Shown here: piece after piece, positions 1-9,828 of the stretch
How the letters are laid out: each line of letters opens with the position of its first letter
How positions within the stretch are numbered: the first letter of the stretch is position 1
IMG/VR virus record: IMGVR_UViG_2855946969_000005
Location: 1 to 64,000 of that record
Reading direction: 5' to 3' (one strand)
Length of the DNA: 64,000 nt
Source of the DNA: a virus
Taxonomy: Duplodnaviria > Caudoviricetes
Notes under the pieces: generated by a model
Databases searched by the model: none
Seen by the model: the letters and a program-made list of their open reading frames with translations, nothing else
Told to the model about the DNA's origin: nothing
Made by a program: the position numbers and the translations under genes

Positions 1-1
1 C

Positions 2-577
2 CGTCGGCAGCACGATCGAGGCGCGCCCGGCCGCTGGCGCGACGAAGCTCTGCTGGCCCGTGTAGGTGCGCGATCCGTCCCGGGCGATGAAGGTCGAGGT
101 ATCGACCGAGGCCGCCGCCTGCTGAGCCGTCTGCGCGCTCGTGGCCGCTGAGGTCGCCGAGTTGGCGGCGTTGGTCGCGGAGGTCGCCGCCGATGTGGCG
201 GAGGCGCCGGCATTGGTAGCCGAAGTCCCAGCGCTGGTGGCCGCCGCTTGCGCCTGCTGGCGCTGGTACATCGCGCTGTCGCGCGCGGTCTCGGCCTCGC
301 CCTGTGCCGCAATCGCAGCGTCGCGCGCCGCGGTGATGCCGCCCGAGGCGGAGACGGCGGTCGCGGCCGAGGCCGCGGCGTCCTGCGCCGAATCCTCCGC
401 CGCGTCGGCCGAGGTGTCGGCCGCACCCGCGGAGATGGCGGCCGCGCTCGCCGATCCCGCCGCGGCACCCTGCGATGCCTTGGCCTGGACCGCGAAGCCA
501 TAGACGGCCGCGACGGCCTGGACGACGGACGAAGTCACGTCGTCGTCCGGCTCCTCGGAGGAGACGAGAATGGTCAT
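2..577 (-). CDS. tail fibre-like Ala/Ser/Thr-rich protein (runs off the window edge)
   Basis: Not in the ORF track. Read manually from ATG at 577: MTILVSSEEPDDDVTSS...ATSAATSATNAANSATSAATSAQTAQQAAASVDTSTFIARDG. Lies at the distal end of the tail operon. Confidence 0.65.
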   Translation of the reverse strand, partial: MTILVSSEEPDDDVTSSVVQAVAAVYGFAVQAKASQGAAAGSASAAAISAGAADTSADAAEDSAQDAAASAATAVSASGGITAARDAAIAAQGEAETARDSAMYQRQQAQAAATSAGTSATNAGASATSAATSATNAANSATSAATSAQTAQQAAASVDTSTFIARDGSRTYTGQQSFVAPAAGRASIVLPT

Positions 578-639
578 CGGGGAGCCTCGGGGAGGAGGGG
601 CGGCGGTCCCGGGAGGGGCAAGGCGTGGGCGCCCCGCGC

Positions 640-1302
640 TCAGAGCCGCGTCACGCCCTGCGTGAAGGTGATGGTGCCGCCGTAGAGGACGGCGTCGGAC
701 CCGTCCGGCGGCTCGTGGCGAACGTCGTAGGCGTAGGAACCAAGGAACCGGCCGGCGTCCGCCTCAGCCATGGCGAGCGTCACCACGATGCCGCCCCCGC
801 CGAGCGACGGACCGGACAGGGTCGCGCCGGAGACGGTGGTCGCGAGCGCCATCCCGTTCGCGAGCGGGCCCGTTGCCTGCGTGGCGATCCCGAGCGCGTT
901 GCCGTTGATCGTGAAGACCAATGCGTCGAGCGTCGGGTCGGCCGAGGCGTTGAGGAAGGCTGCCAAGCTCGCGAGCGTCGCTGGCAGGTCGGCGCCGATC
1001 TGAACCTGAAAGGCGCCCGGGCCGCCCGCCACGAAGGTGATAACCCGCGCGCCTAAGGTGAGGGCCGTGCCGGCTGCCGGGTTGCTCGTGAACGCGATGC
1101 TTCCCACGGCGGGTGTCGGCGTCAGGGTCAGATTGCCCTTCACCGTGGACCACTCGTGCCGGACGAGCGCGCTCTCGGGCGTGTCGCGCAGATGCGCCCG
1201 TACCAAGCCTGCGGTCAGGTCGCGGCGCCGGGCAGTGGACGTGAGGAGGCGCCCGAACACGAGTTGCTCCGTGTTCGGCGCGCTGACGTTCACCGTCGCC
1301 AT
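640..1302 (-). CDS. phage tail/baseplate-associated protein
   Basis: 220 aa, beta-rich, C-terminal GSYAYDV...LYGGTITFTQGVTR, within the tail operon. Confidence 0.55.
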   Translation of the reverse strand: MATVNVSAPNTEQLVFGRLLTSTARRRDLTAGLVRAHLRDTPESALVRHEWSTVKGNLTLTPTPAVGSIAFTSNPAAGTALTLGARVITFVAGGPGAFQVQIGADLPATLASLAAFLNASADPTLDALVFTINGNALGIATQATGPLANGMALATTVSGATLSGPSLGGGGIVVTLAMAEADAGRFLGSYAYDVRHEPPDGSDAVLYGGTITFTQGVTRL

Positions 1303-1312
1303 GGGCTCGGCC

Positions 1313-2122
1313 TCAGTACTCGATGACGATCAGACCCGCACCGCCGCGCCCGGTTTGACCGACCGTGCAGGCGATCTGAGTGCCGGGGGTCAGGCCCGAG
1401 ATTTCCTTGAGGCAGAAGGCGCCGCCGCCGTTGCCGCCGACCGTTGTGCTTCCGCCAACGAACCCGCCGGTCCCACCGCCTGGGAAGCCGCCGTCGCCGG
1501 CCGAGCCAAGGATGCCCGCTGTCGCGCCGCCGCCACCGCCGCCGTTGGCCCCGCGGCCGTAGGGGCCGTTGCCGCCACCGCCGGTGCCGATGAAATCCAG
1601 GCTGTCGGTGCGTCCGAGGCGCCCGTGCGAGCCCCCGACGAGGCTCGCGCCCTCGCCCGTATAGCCGTTGGCCCCGAAGCCGACGCCGCCGAGATCGCCG
1701 GGCGTGAACAGGTTGCCTGCCGCGCCGCCCGCGTAGCCGTTGCCGGACCCGCCGTTGCGGTTGATGTCGCCGCCGGTCGCCGTGCCGCCCGCGCCAGGCA
1801 GCGCGGTATTGCCAGCACCCTGCGTGCCCTTCTTGCCGCCGCCCGCCGTGAGGTAATTGCCGAACTTGCTGTCGATACCGTCGCTGTTGCTGGACGCGCC
1901 GTTGTCCTGCGAGGCGCCGGAGCCCCAGGCACGCACGCGGATGCGCGTCACGCCGGGCGGCACGGTCCAGTTGCCCGAGGCCAGGATGCGGGCAATCCGG
2001 CCTGCGCCGTAGACCCCGCTCTCCGGGTTGATCAGGCTCGGGGCCGAGCCGTTGTTCAGGCCGGGCGCGCCGTTGGCGCCACCCGCACGCGCCGTCTCGA
2101 GGGCGCTGGAATAGACCCGCAT
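1313..2122 (-). CDS. glycine-rich tail fibre-associated protein
   Basis: SGNWTVPPGVTRIRVRAWGSG, GGG-rich body and GGAGLIVIEY end, typical of phage glycine-rich domains. Confidence 0.7.
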   Translation of the reverse strand: MRVYSSALETARAGGANGAPGLNNGSAPSLINPESGVYGAGRIARILASGNWTVPPGVTRIRVRAWGSGASQDNGASSNSDGIDSKFGNYLTAGGGKKGTQGAGNTALPGAGGTATGGDINRNGGSGNGYAGGAAGNLFTPGDLGGVGFGANGYTGEGASLVGGSHGRLGRTDSLDFIGTGGGGNGPYGRGANGGGGGGATAGILGSAGDGGFPGGGTGGFVGGSTTVGGNGGGAFCLKEISGLTPGTQIACTVGQTGRGGAGLIVIEY

Positions 2123-2125
2123 GGA

Positions 2126-2467
2126 TCAGGCTCCCTTCTGGCCGACGAGCGTGGCGGAGAGTCCACCGGTCGCGGTGACGAACAGGCGCCAGCCCGAGCC
2201 CAGCGTGAGGGGCTGGATCAGCCACCAGCCGCGCGGCTCGATCGTGAAGGCGGGCTGGATCTTGTTGGCGGCTGTCGGGTCTGCGCCCGAGGTCAGGGCC
2301 ACCTGACTCACGGTGACGCTGGCATCGGTGTCGTTCGTCAGCTTCAGCGAGTAGGTGCCCGCCTGCGCATCGCCGATGCTCCCGTTGGTCACGTCGGTCT
2401 GCGTGTTCGCCGCAAGGGTGATGGCGACGATGTTGGAGCGGTCGTAGACGACCGGAGGGGCTGCCAT
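2126..2467 (-). CDS. hypothetical virion protein
   Basis: 113 aa, tightly packed in the tail operon. Confidence 0.55.
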   Translation of the reverse strand: MAAPPVVYDRSNIVAITLAANTQTDVTNGSIGDAQAGTYSLKLTNDTDASVTVSQVALTSGADPTAANKIQPAFTIEPRGWWLIQPLTLGSGWRLFVTATGGLSATLVGQKGA

Positions 2468-2476
2468 CGGGGGGCC

Positions 2477-3754
2477 TCAGAGCATGGACAGGTAGAAGGC
2501 CGGGGGGCGCAGCGCCTCGATCATCGCGGCGACGGCGGCGGGGTCGGTGAACAGTCCGGTCCGGGCGGCGGCAGACTCGCTCTCGCTCGCGAAGGCGGAG
2601 CGCCAGCCGGAGGCCTGCCGGATCATGAAGGCGCCGCGCCCGGTCTGGTCCGAGACGCCGATCAGGAAGCCGACCGGCGGGCTGCGGTAGACGTAGCCGC
2701 CACCGGTAGCACCCTGCGCGATCTGCCCTGAGAGGCCCGCCCACGCCCCTGTGGCGCCGATCGGGATCAGGTAGGTGTCGCCCGGAGCCGGGCTCGCGGG
2801 CGGGGCCGTCACCGTCGCGGATTTGACCGCGAGAAAGTACGGGACGAGCGGGCCGGTGATGTCGTTTCCGGTCGCGGGTCCAGACCCGCCGCCCGTACCC
2901 GGGGGCGGGTTGAGCAACTGGAACTGCGTCCCATCGTAGAACAGGATGGTGCCGTACCCGACCATGAGGTCGTTGGCCGAGAGCGGCGTGCCGGACCCTC
3001 GGACAATCGGTTTCAGCCCCAGCCCGGCCATGTTGACCTGGGCCGGGCCGGTGTTGTTGTTGTTCGGCTTGACGACGACGATGAGCCCGGCAGAGTAACT
3101 GGCGACGGCAGGGGTCGGGTTCAGCGTCAGGGCGTTCGGTGTGGTCGAGAGATCGACACCGTAGTGCAGAAGGCTGTTCTGCAGAGGCCCGGCTTGTGCA
3201 GGCGAGAACCCGGTCAGAAGCTGCGCGATGCCGTTGTTGTCGAAGGTGAACAGGTAGATCCCGTTCGCCTTGACGGCGCCCACCTCCAACTGGTCCCCGG
3301 TCGGCCGGATCACCGCGGCGGGCGCGAGCCCGTTGATGATGATGGTCGTGTTGCCGGTGTTGGCCGCCGCGACGCGCACGAGGACGGTCAGGCCCTCGGT
3401 GTAGGCGGCCACGCCCGGAACCGCGATCTGGATCTGATTGAGTGTCGTTGAGGCATCGACCGAGTAGTGCAGAACCTCGGAGCCGAGCGACTGCTGAAGC
3501 GCGGCGACGAAGGCGCTCTCAAAGGCCGCGACATTGCCATCGTCGCGGACATCAAGACCCGAGTAGTCGGCCGTGAACTGGCCCAGCATCGCGGCGGCGA
3601 ACGAACTCTGTCGCCAGACCGTGTTGAGGTGGTCGGGCTGCGCGATCCCGTTCTGGAAGCCCTGCTGGCGCGCCGGGAGGTTCTTGTAGTCGTCGGGGTC
3701 GAGCACGTTGGCGCCCACCCCGGTCCCGAAGGGCAAGAGTTCGTTTGCGGCCAT
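2477..3754 (-). CDS. tail fibre protein with C-terminal DUF2793-like region
   Basis: N-terminus MAANELLPFGTGVGANV...GFQNGIA..LNTVWRQSS, two internal repeated domains, and APPASPAPGDTYLI..GATGAWAG. Confidence 0.8.
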   Translation of the reverse strand: MAANELLPFGTGVGANVLDPDDYKNLPARQQGFQNGIAQPDHLNTVWRQSSFAAAMLGQFTADYSGLDVRDDGNVAAFESAFVAALQQSLGSEVLHYSVDASTTLNQIQIAVPGVAAYTEGLTVLVRVAAANTGNTTIIINGLAPAAVIRPTGDQLEVGAVKANGIYLFTFDNNGIAQLLTGFSPAQAGPLQNSLLHYGVDLSTTPNALTLNPTPAVASYSAGLIVVVKPNNNNTGPAQVNMAGLGLKPIVRGSGTPLSANDLMVGYGTILFYDGTQFQLLNPPPGTGGGSGPATGNDITGPLVPYFLAVKSATVTAPPASPAPGDTYLIPIGATGAWAGLSGQIAQGATGGGYVYRSPPVGFLIGVSDQTGRGAFMIRQASGWRSAFASESESAAARTGLFTDPAAVAAMIEALRPPAFYLSML

Positions 3755-3786
3755 GCGGGCCTCGCATCAGCGGGAGGGGAGGGGGT

Positions 3787-4476
3787 TCAGTAGCCGCGCG
3801 CGACGAGGTCGGCGGGCGCGGCACCGAACGCACCGCGTCCGAAGCCGCCGATGAAGGCGTTGTCGACGCCGAACCCGAACAGCGGCGCCCGATCGACGGT
3901 CGTCACGAGCGTGCGCCCGCGGACCGTCACCGGACGCGCCGGCAGATAATCCTCGGCGAGCAGCATGAGCTTGTGCAGCGGCGGGATCTCACCGGAGACC
4001 CCGAGCAGGACCGCGCCTTCGCCCGCATCGGCATGGACGACGACGCGTGTGTTCGGGCTCGCGAAGAAGGCGTCGTAAACCTCGGCCGCGCCGGACACGG
4101 TGCCGTCCCAGCGGTTGAGCACCGCCTTGGCGCGCAGGAGGTCGCGATAGGTGTCGTCCGTCAGGCGGGTGATGCCGGTCTGCGGGTCGGTGGCTACGTA
4201 CCAGAGACCGCGCCCGAAGCCGCGCGCCGCGTCACCGAACGAGAACCAGTTGTTCGGCAGCGGGTAGGAGAGGAAGCGGGTGTAGCCCTCCCACGCACCG
4301 ACGGCATCGAGTTGGACACCCACCGCCTCGTCGATGTCGAAGGCGCGCGGCAGGTCGAGCACCGCGTTGCCCACGGCGACGGCGGGCGCGACCGAGAGCG
4401 CCACTGTGGCCTGGAAGCGCGGGCGCTGGCGGTGGTAGGCGGTCACCCGCGCCTGGAAGTCGGCGACCTGCTTCAC
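3787..4476 (-). CDS. baseplate wedge protein (DUF2612-like)
   Basis: FDIDEAVGVQLDAVG...LTDDTYRDLLRAKAVLNRWDGT. Confidence 0.8.
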   Translation of the reverse strand: MKQVADFQARVTAYHRQRPRFQATVALSVAPAVAVGNAVLDLPRAFDIDEAVGVQLDAVGAWEGYTRFLSYPLPNNWFSFGDAARGFGRGLWYVATDPQTGITRLTDDTYRDLLRAKAVLNRWDGTVSGAAEVYDAFFASPNTRVVVHADAGEGAVLLGVSGEIPPLHKLMLLAEDYLPARPVTVRGRTLVTTVDRAPLFGFGVDNAFIGGFGRGAFGAAPADLVARGY

Positions 4477-5651
4477 GGCACGCTCACGAAGGCGACGCCG
4501 TCAGGCGGCATCTCGGGTCGCTCATCGAAGCGGAAGGCAAGATCGGTCTCGCCCGGCTCCGCGCCATCGCGCGCCACGTCCACGCCGACCAAGCTGTAGG
4601 TCTCGGAGCCGGGCCCGTTGCCGAGCCGGGCCGGGACGTAGGCCCCGCCGCGCTCGAGCTGCCCGCCGATGCCCACGCTCTCGGTGAAGGTGGCGAGGGC
4701 AGCCCGGATGTCGGCCTTCACGTCGTCGGTGAAGCCGCGCTTCGCCCGCAGGCGCACCTGGTAGGTCGCGGGCACGATGGTCGGGCGGGTGAACGTGATC
4801 GTCTGGGCGATGCCGAAGGGGTCGATGTAGGATGCCCTGGTGTTCCCGATGGGAGGCACGCCGGGTGGCGCCTTGCGCCCGATCACGCTCGCGATCGCGC
4901 CCGCGTCGCCGCCCTCGATCACCAGCGCGTAAGAGCGGGGGGGCAGACCGTTCTGATCCACCGCGAGCGTCGGGTTGATGTAGCCGCGCGCGTGGATAAC
5001 GCCGGGGAGGTTGCCGATCTCGGCGATCATCCCGCCGACCACCGTGGCAGCCCCCGCCATCGTGGAGGCGGCCTGCCGCCGCCGGAGTGCCGGGTCGCGC
5101 TCGATCGGCGCGCCCGGCACGGCCGCGCGCGGGTTCGACACCGACTGCCAGCCCGGCACGGGCGTCTCGATCACCGAGAGCGCACCGGGATCAGCCGCGA
5201 CCGCCCCGGGCTCGGAGCAGGTCGCCGTAGCCGTGGTCTCGCCGGAGAACGGGATCTCGACCAGGGCGGGCAGCGTCCAGACCGTACCGTCCGCATCGGC
5301 GATCTGACCGTCCTCGATCTGCGTGCCGGCCTGGCCGATGATTCGCACATCTGCGGTCGAGGCGGTCGCGATCTTGCGCCGAAGCCCGTTGAGCTTCACC
5401 GAGCGGGACAGCCCGACGCCCTGCGCCGTCGCGGGCGAGAAGGCGTTGTAGACCGCCACCATCGCGCCGTTGGCCTGATGCAGCGCGTCGGCTTGGAGGC
5501 GGATCCACTGGCCGTCCTGGGTGTCCTCGTCCAGAACGATGTCCTGCCCGTAGATGCCCCGGTAGCCGTCCGCATAGTAGGCGAGGCAGTCCTCGAAAGG
5601 CGGGCGGTGGATGCCCGTCTCGTCGATGGTGCAGACGGGCGGGCTGGCCAT
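4473..5651 (-). CDS. baseplate J/gp47 family protein
   Basis: Start MASPPVCTIDETGIH at 5651. Motifs PATAQGVGL, GLRRK, ERDPALRRR. Confidence 0.85.
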   Translation of the reverse strand: MASPPVCTIDETGIHRPPFEDCLAYYADGYRGIYGQDIVLDEDTQDGQWIRLQADALHQANGAMVAVYNAFSPATAQGVGLSRSVKLNGLRRKIATASTADVRIIGQAGTQIEDGQIADADGTVWTLPALVEIPFSGETTATATCSEPGAVAADPGALSVIETPVPGWQSVSNPRAAVPGAPIERDPALRRRQAASTMAGAATVVGGMIAEIGNLPGVIHARGYINPTLAVDQNGLPPRSYALVIEGGDAGAIASVIGRKAPPGVPPIGNTRASYIDPFGIAQTITFTRPTIVPATYQVRLRAKRGFTDDVKADIRAALATFTESVGIGGQLERGGAYVPARLGNGPGSETYSLVGVDVARDGAEPGETDLAFRFDERPEMPPDGVAFVSVP

Positions 5652-6034
5652 CAGAGGGGACTCGCTGTGGTGAGGGAGCCGGGCCCGTAGGCCGTGTCGA
5701 CCTCGACCGTGACCGCGTTGTGCCGGGTCTCGCGGTCGAGCGTAGAGTCGTAGGCGGTGATCGCCCGGACGCCGGTCGTGCCGAGGATGCGGGAGCGGAT
5801 CGTGGGGTCGCGCAACGCGCCGGTGTATTTGCCCAGAACCTGTGTGTTCCAGGGGGTGCCGGCGGCGAGGTCCTGATACCACTCGCCCAGGAACATCTGC
5901 AGGCGGGTTTCGGCGCACTGCGCGGGCGCCTCGGGCACGTCCCGGTAGAAGTTGGACTGCCCACGCCCGAACGTCATGTCGCGCGAGCCCGCCGGATCGG
6001 CCGGATCGTAGGGCGTCAGCTTGCGCACGCGCAT
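5651..6034 (-). CDS. baseplate wedge subunit (gp46/gp25-like)
   Basis: MRVRKL...TRLQMFLGEWYQDLAAGTPW...V.VDTAYG. Confidence 0.75.
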   Translation of the reverse strand: MRVRKLTPYDPADPAGSRDMTFGRGQSNFYRDVPEAPAQCAETRLQMFLGEWYQDLAAGTPWNTQVLGKYTGALRDPTIRSRILGTTGVRAITAYDSTLDRETRHNAVTVEVDTAYGPGSLTTASPL

Positions 6035-6036
6035 CG

Positions 6037-6927
6037 TCAGCCCTCCAGCGCGGTCATGGCCGCGACATCGACCTTCATGGGGGGCGTGTGCGCGATCTGC
6101 GCGGCGAGCGCAGCGTCCATCGCGTCCTGCGCCTCGCCTTGCACCAGAGAGCGCAGGACGCCCTGGAAGCCGGTGGCGGCGCCCTCCTGGCGATTGCCCG
6201 CTTCATCGAACGCGGGCGGCACGGCGAGGGCGCCGGCCACGCTGGACACGGTCGCGATGACGGGGTGCATCTGCTCGGACCACGCCAGGGCGCCGGCCGA
6301 GCCCGCGACGATGGTGGCCGCGGTGTTTATCTGGTCGAGCACCCAGGAGGTTGCCGCGTCCGGTGCGAGGCGGCCTGCCACGACGTCGGCAACGACGCCC
6401 GGCAGCGCGCCCGCCACATCCCGCACGAAGGGGATCGCGGTGAGCGGGGCCGTGACCACCTCCATCGCGGCGGCGGCCGGCAGCGCGGCCCCCGCGAGGT
6501 CCGCCGTGTTGGCGTGGCCGATCATGGCGAAGAAGCCCTGGGCGCCGTTCGTCAGGCCCGCGAGGTTGTCGCCCGCGGCCCGCAGCGCGCCCATCGCTTG
6601 GTCGAGCCCTCCTGTGAGGCCAGAGGCGCCCGCCGCGCCCTGGATCGCGTCGATCAGGCCCTGCGTCCCGCCGCCTGCCATACCCTGAAGCTGCGAGACC
6701 AGCCCGCCGACCTGCCCCTGCACCGCGTTCGTGAGCGCGGCCGCCGGGTTCTGCATGATCGCGGACAGGTTCCCATCCTGGATTACCTTGCCCATGAGGC
6801 CGCCCATGCCGCCGCCATCCATCCGCTTCACGACGGACAGCTTCTCCATGAACACGGTCGCCACCTTGGAGAGCGGCACGCCAGACTGAAGCTGCAGGTT
6901 CTGGCCGAAAGGAACGAAGCCGGCCAT
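6037..6927 (-). CDS. hypothetical Ala/Gly-rich protein between spike and wedge genes
   Basis: Long ORF tightly packed between its neighbours. Start taken at MAGFVPFG. Confidence 0.6.
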   Translation of the reverse strand: MAGFVPFGQNLQLQSGVPLSKVATVFMEKLSVVKRMDGGGMGGLMGKVIQDGNLSAIMQNPAAALTNAVQGQVGGLVSQLQGMAGGGTQGLIDAIQGAAGASGLTGGLDQAMGALRAAGDNLAGLTNGAQGFFAMIGHANTADLAGAALPAAAAMEVVTAPLTAIPFVRDVAGALPGVVADVVAGRLAPDAATSWVLDQINTAATIVAGSAGALAWSEQMHPVIATVSSVAGALAVPPAFDEAGNRQEGAATGFQGVLRSLVQGEAQDAMDAALAAQIAHTPPMKVDVAAMTALEG

Positions 6928-6937
6928 GCGCTGCACC

Positions 6938-7576
6938 TCAGCAGTTGAGCAGGACCTTGCCCGCGACGTTCTGGATGGTCTTGTTGTCGACGAAGTGCGT
7001 CGCGCCTTCGCGCTGTGTCAGCACGCCCGTGTCGTTGGCCTGATGCACGGACTTCCCGCGCACCTGGGTCACGGCCGAGCCCGAGACGTCGGAGAGCGAC
7101 TGCTTGTCGTCGGACCGGGTCTGGGTCGAGGACTGCGACACGCCCTTGAGCGCGTTCGGCTTGGAGCGCGAGCCGGGATGGAAGCGCCCGTCCGAGAGCG
7201 CGCTGCGCATGATCACGGCGGGCTGTACGCCGCCCTTGTCGTGCCAGTTCGAGATGCCGCGTGAGCCGAAGACGATAGAGCCCTCGGACCCCTTCTTCAG
7301 CGGGAAGGTCTTCGAGAACCCGCCCGCGCCGGGGTAGTGCACCACCACGTCATCGAACTCGGGCAGCTCGACCCACTTGGTCGTGCCATCGGGCTGCATC
7401 TCGGGCAGCTTCAGCGCGCACTTCAGCTTGACGGTGTTCCCGTCCTTCGAGTCCTCCGCGACCATCACAGGTAGTTCCGTGATCACGCCGCGCAGGGCGT
7501 TGTCGATGATGGAGCGGAACTGCTCCTCCTCGTCGAAGAAGGCTTCGCGCAGGTCGGCGAGGTCGCTGTTGCTCAT
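6938..7576 (-). CDS. baseplate central spike (Gp138-like)
   Basis: Start MSNSDLADL. Motifs LP...DVVVHYPGAGGF..TFPLKKG.EG.IVF..R.I.NW and LSDG. Confidence 0.8.
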   Translation of the reverse strand: MSNSDLADLREAFFDEEEQFRSIIDNALRGVITELPVMVAEDSKDGNTVKLKCALKLPEMQPDGTTKWVELPEFDDVVVHYPGAGGFSKTFPLKKGSEGSIVFGSRGISNWHDKGGVQPAVIMRSALSDGRFHPGSRSKPNALKGVSQSSTQTRSDDKQSLSDVSGSAVTQVRGKSVHQANDTGVLTQREGATHFVDNKTIQNVAGKVLLNC

Positions 7577-7592
7577 CGGTGCCGCTCGTGGC

Positions 7593-8522
7593 TCAGGCCC
7601 GGCCCAGGCGCGCCTGCGCCGTCGTAGAAGCGCCCAGCGCGTTGCAGACGAACTCGCTGTAGAACTCGTTGCCCCGGGTATCCCCGACGTGATCGACGGC
7701 GAGCACCTTGTAGATCCCGTCCGCGGCGATGGTGCCGAGATTGGGTTCGATGTTTCGGACCTCACCACTGACGCTTAGATCGAACGCTGCGCGGTCAATC
7801 GACTTTTCGTCGATATGTACCCGGCCGTGGGCTTGGATGCGCGGGTTCAGGAGCGACCTGCCGATGATGCCGTTGTCGGTCTGCGTGGGGCGGCCGATCA
7901 TGCCGGTGTCGGAGTTCAGCACCACCGCATCCCCCGGCAGTGTCCCGCCCGCGGGCACCACGTTGAGACGCCCATCACGGATGCACCACGTGCATCCGAG
8001 CGACTGGGCGAGGCGGCGCATCGTATCGCGTGCCATGCCGAAGTGGACTTGGGCTCGCGGATCTTTCGTCTGGGCCAGGATCGGAGGGGCATACCCTGGG
8101 GATATGCCGTACTGCTTCATGGCTTTGACGACGAGGTCGTAGAGATCCTTGCCGGTCGAGTTGGCCGGCAACGCCCCCTTGATCGTAGCCTGTTGGTAGG
8201 CCTTCAGGCCGTCTTCTGCGAACAGGTCGACGTAAGTGTCCGTTGGGCTTTCGCGGCCACTATTGCGGGATCTGACATCACCCGTGAAGATCAGGCCGTA
8301 CAGACCCTCGTACCCAAGCTCTAAGCTCACGCGCCCCGAGCGCTTCGGCAAGGCCTGAACTGTGGCCTCGGAGAGGTTTGAGATGCGGATAACCGCGGCT
8401 CTCGGCGATTGAACGAACGGATCCCTGATCCTGAAGCGCACCCGGAACTCGGACAGATCCAAAGTGCCGCCTGAGCCGCCGCTCGCAGTGACCCGGCAAA
8501 CACGGCGGTACAGGCGCGTCAT
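7593..8522 (-). CDS. baseplate hub protein, copy 1
   Basis: I.NLSE, LELGYEG, IF.GDV, WCIRDG, TGMIGRP, GIYKV..V.HVGDTRG.EFYS. Confidence 0.8.
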   Translation of the reverse strand: MTRLYRRVCRVTASGGSGGTLDLSEFRVRFRIRDPFVQSPRAAVIRISNLSEATVQALPKRSGRVSLELGYEGLYGLIFTGDVRSRNSGRESPTDTYVDLFAEDGLKAYQQATIKGALPANSTGKDLYDLVVKAMKQYGISPGYAPPILAQTKDPRAQVHFGMARDTMRRLAQSLGCTWCIRDGRLNVVPAGGTLPGDAVVLNSDTGMIGRPTQTDNGIIGRSLLNPRIQAHGRVHIDEKSIDRAAFDLSVSGEVRNIEPNLGTIAADGIYKVLAVDHVGDTRGNEFYSEFVCNALGASTTAQARLGRA

Positions 8523-8836
8523 TCGACAGGCTCGTAAACGAGAAGCGTCTTGGCGCCGAGGTCGTTGAAGCCGGGCTTATAATCCGGCTCCCCTGGCGTG
8601 AAGATCGCCATGCGACACGGTATGCCCAGATCTGCGTGGGGCTCTAGCAGGTCTTGGCCGGGAAGGAGCGGCAGCCCTGCAATGAGCGCCACATCTTCTG
8701 CCAGCGAAATGTCGAGCGTCCAGCCGCCCTCTTCCTCGTCAACATAGTAGAGGAAAAGAATATAGTAGTTCTCGCCCAACGTGAGGGCCATTTTCTGAGC
8801 CGCGCCAGGAAACACGGGGATTTCAAAGATCGCCAT
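8519..8836 (-). CDS. baseplate plug-like protein
   Basis: MAIFEIP...WTLDI......IAGLPL..G.DLL, positioned between the Dit-like gene and the hub. Confidence 0.7.
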   Translation of the reverse strand: MAIFEIPVFPGAAQKMALTLGENYYILFLYYVDEEEGGWTLDISLAEDVALIAGLPLLPGQDLLEPHADLGIPCRMAIFTPGEPDYKPGFNDLGAKTLLVYEPVE

Positions 8837-8846
8837 AGCAACCCTC

Positions 8847-9530
8847 TCAAAACGCCGCGTTGCCGCTGGGGCCGCTTAGGCCAAAACCTCCGCCGCCGGG
8901 CGCCCGGCCAATGCCCGACTCGGTGTTGGGCAGCAGCGTCCCGAAGCCTACGGCGTTCGGTGAGATCTGCGTCGAGAGCCCTGACAGCCCCCCGATGTTG
9001 ACCTCTGTCGGCAGGACCGTGCCAACGTCCTTCCACGCACCTGTCGCTTCAGGGCTGGCCTGCGAGCCGTTCGGCGCGATGCCGCCTCCGCCGGCTCCAC
9101 CCCCGCCGCCTCGCGCCCGCGCCAAGCGCACCCGGCGCAGGCGCACGATGAGCATGGCGGCGTTGGTGGTCTGGTCCGTCGTGTCGGCGCCGACGAACTC
9201 CACGAGCATGTCGCGGTAGGCGCGCTTGGCGGTGAAAACCTGGAACGGCTCCCGCGCCGCCATCAGGTTGAGAACCGCCTCGTACTGCTCGCGGGAGTAG
9301 CCGACGTAGCCGCCGGTCGCATCCGAGTAGCCGATGCGCATCTCCAGCCGCTCGGGCAGGATGAAAGCATGGTCCGAGACGGAGGCGCCGATCTCGACCG
9401 GGTGGTCCGTGATCGCGACCGCGTCCTGATGGACCTCCGAGACCACCACGTCGGTGACCAGCGAGCCGATCACGCTGCCGGTCGGGACCAGCAGCGCGTA
9501 GAAATCATCGAGCAGGGCCACGGGCGGCAC
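8847..9530 (-). CDS. Dit-like distal tail/baseplate organiser
   Basis: VVSE.H.D...ITDHPVE.GA.VSDHA...P motif. GTG start. Confidence 0.75.
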   Translation of the reverse strand: MPPVALLDDFYALLVPTGSVIGSLVTDVVVSEVHQDAVAITDHPVEIGASVSDHAFILPERLEMRIGYSDATGGYVGYSREQYEAVLNLMAAREPFQVFTAKRAYRDMLVEFVGADTTDQTTNAAMLIVRLRRVRLARARGGGGGAGGGGIAPNGSQASPEATGAWKDVGTVLPTEVNIGGLSGLSTQISPNAVGFGTLLPNTESGIGRAPGGGGFGLSGPSGNAAF

Positions 9531-9611
9531 CTTCGGAGGAGGGGTGGCGCGGATGGCGGGGAGGGCGCAGTGGAGCGCCGATCAGAGGGCTAGCGTATGC
9601 ACTCGGAGCCC

Positions 9612-9764
9612 AGATGCGACAAAGGCCCGGCGTCGCCGCCAGGCCCTCGGATCTAGTCTCGGTTGTGCGTCAAATTCTCGGTGGGGGCAAGCGGTTTGGG
9701 TCGCGCCCGGCACCGGAGAGATGCAGGGTCATCTATGCCGCAAGATCCAAGCCCGGTCTAGGGG
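9612..9764 (-). promoter_or_regulatory. conserved ~150 bp non-coding element upstream of resumed tail genes, copy 1
   Basis: Collinear with 19726-19881: AGATGCG, AAAGGCCC, CGGTTGTGCG..AAATTCTCG, CAAGCGGTTT, CCGGTCTAGGGG. Confidence 0.65.
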
Positions 9765-9800
9765 ATTGGTTTCAGGCGCCACAGAGAGACAGATACGAAA

Positions 9801-9828
9801 GAGCCCCGCCGGCGGGCCGGCAGGGCTC
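9801..9828. terminator. GC-rich hairpin downstream of the PemK-like gene
   Basis: GAGCCCCGCCGGC-GG-GCCGGCAGGGCTC with AAA on the + side, giving a U-tract on the minus strand. Confidence 0.5.

Noticed and set aside
2-3754. Diversity-generating retroelement or invertible tail-fibre cassette
   Set aside because: No reverse transcriptase, template/variable repeat pair or inverted crossover sites were seen in the window.
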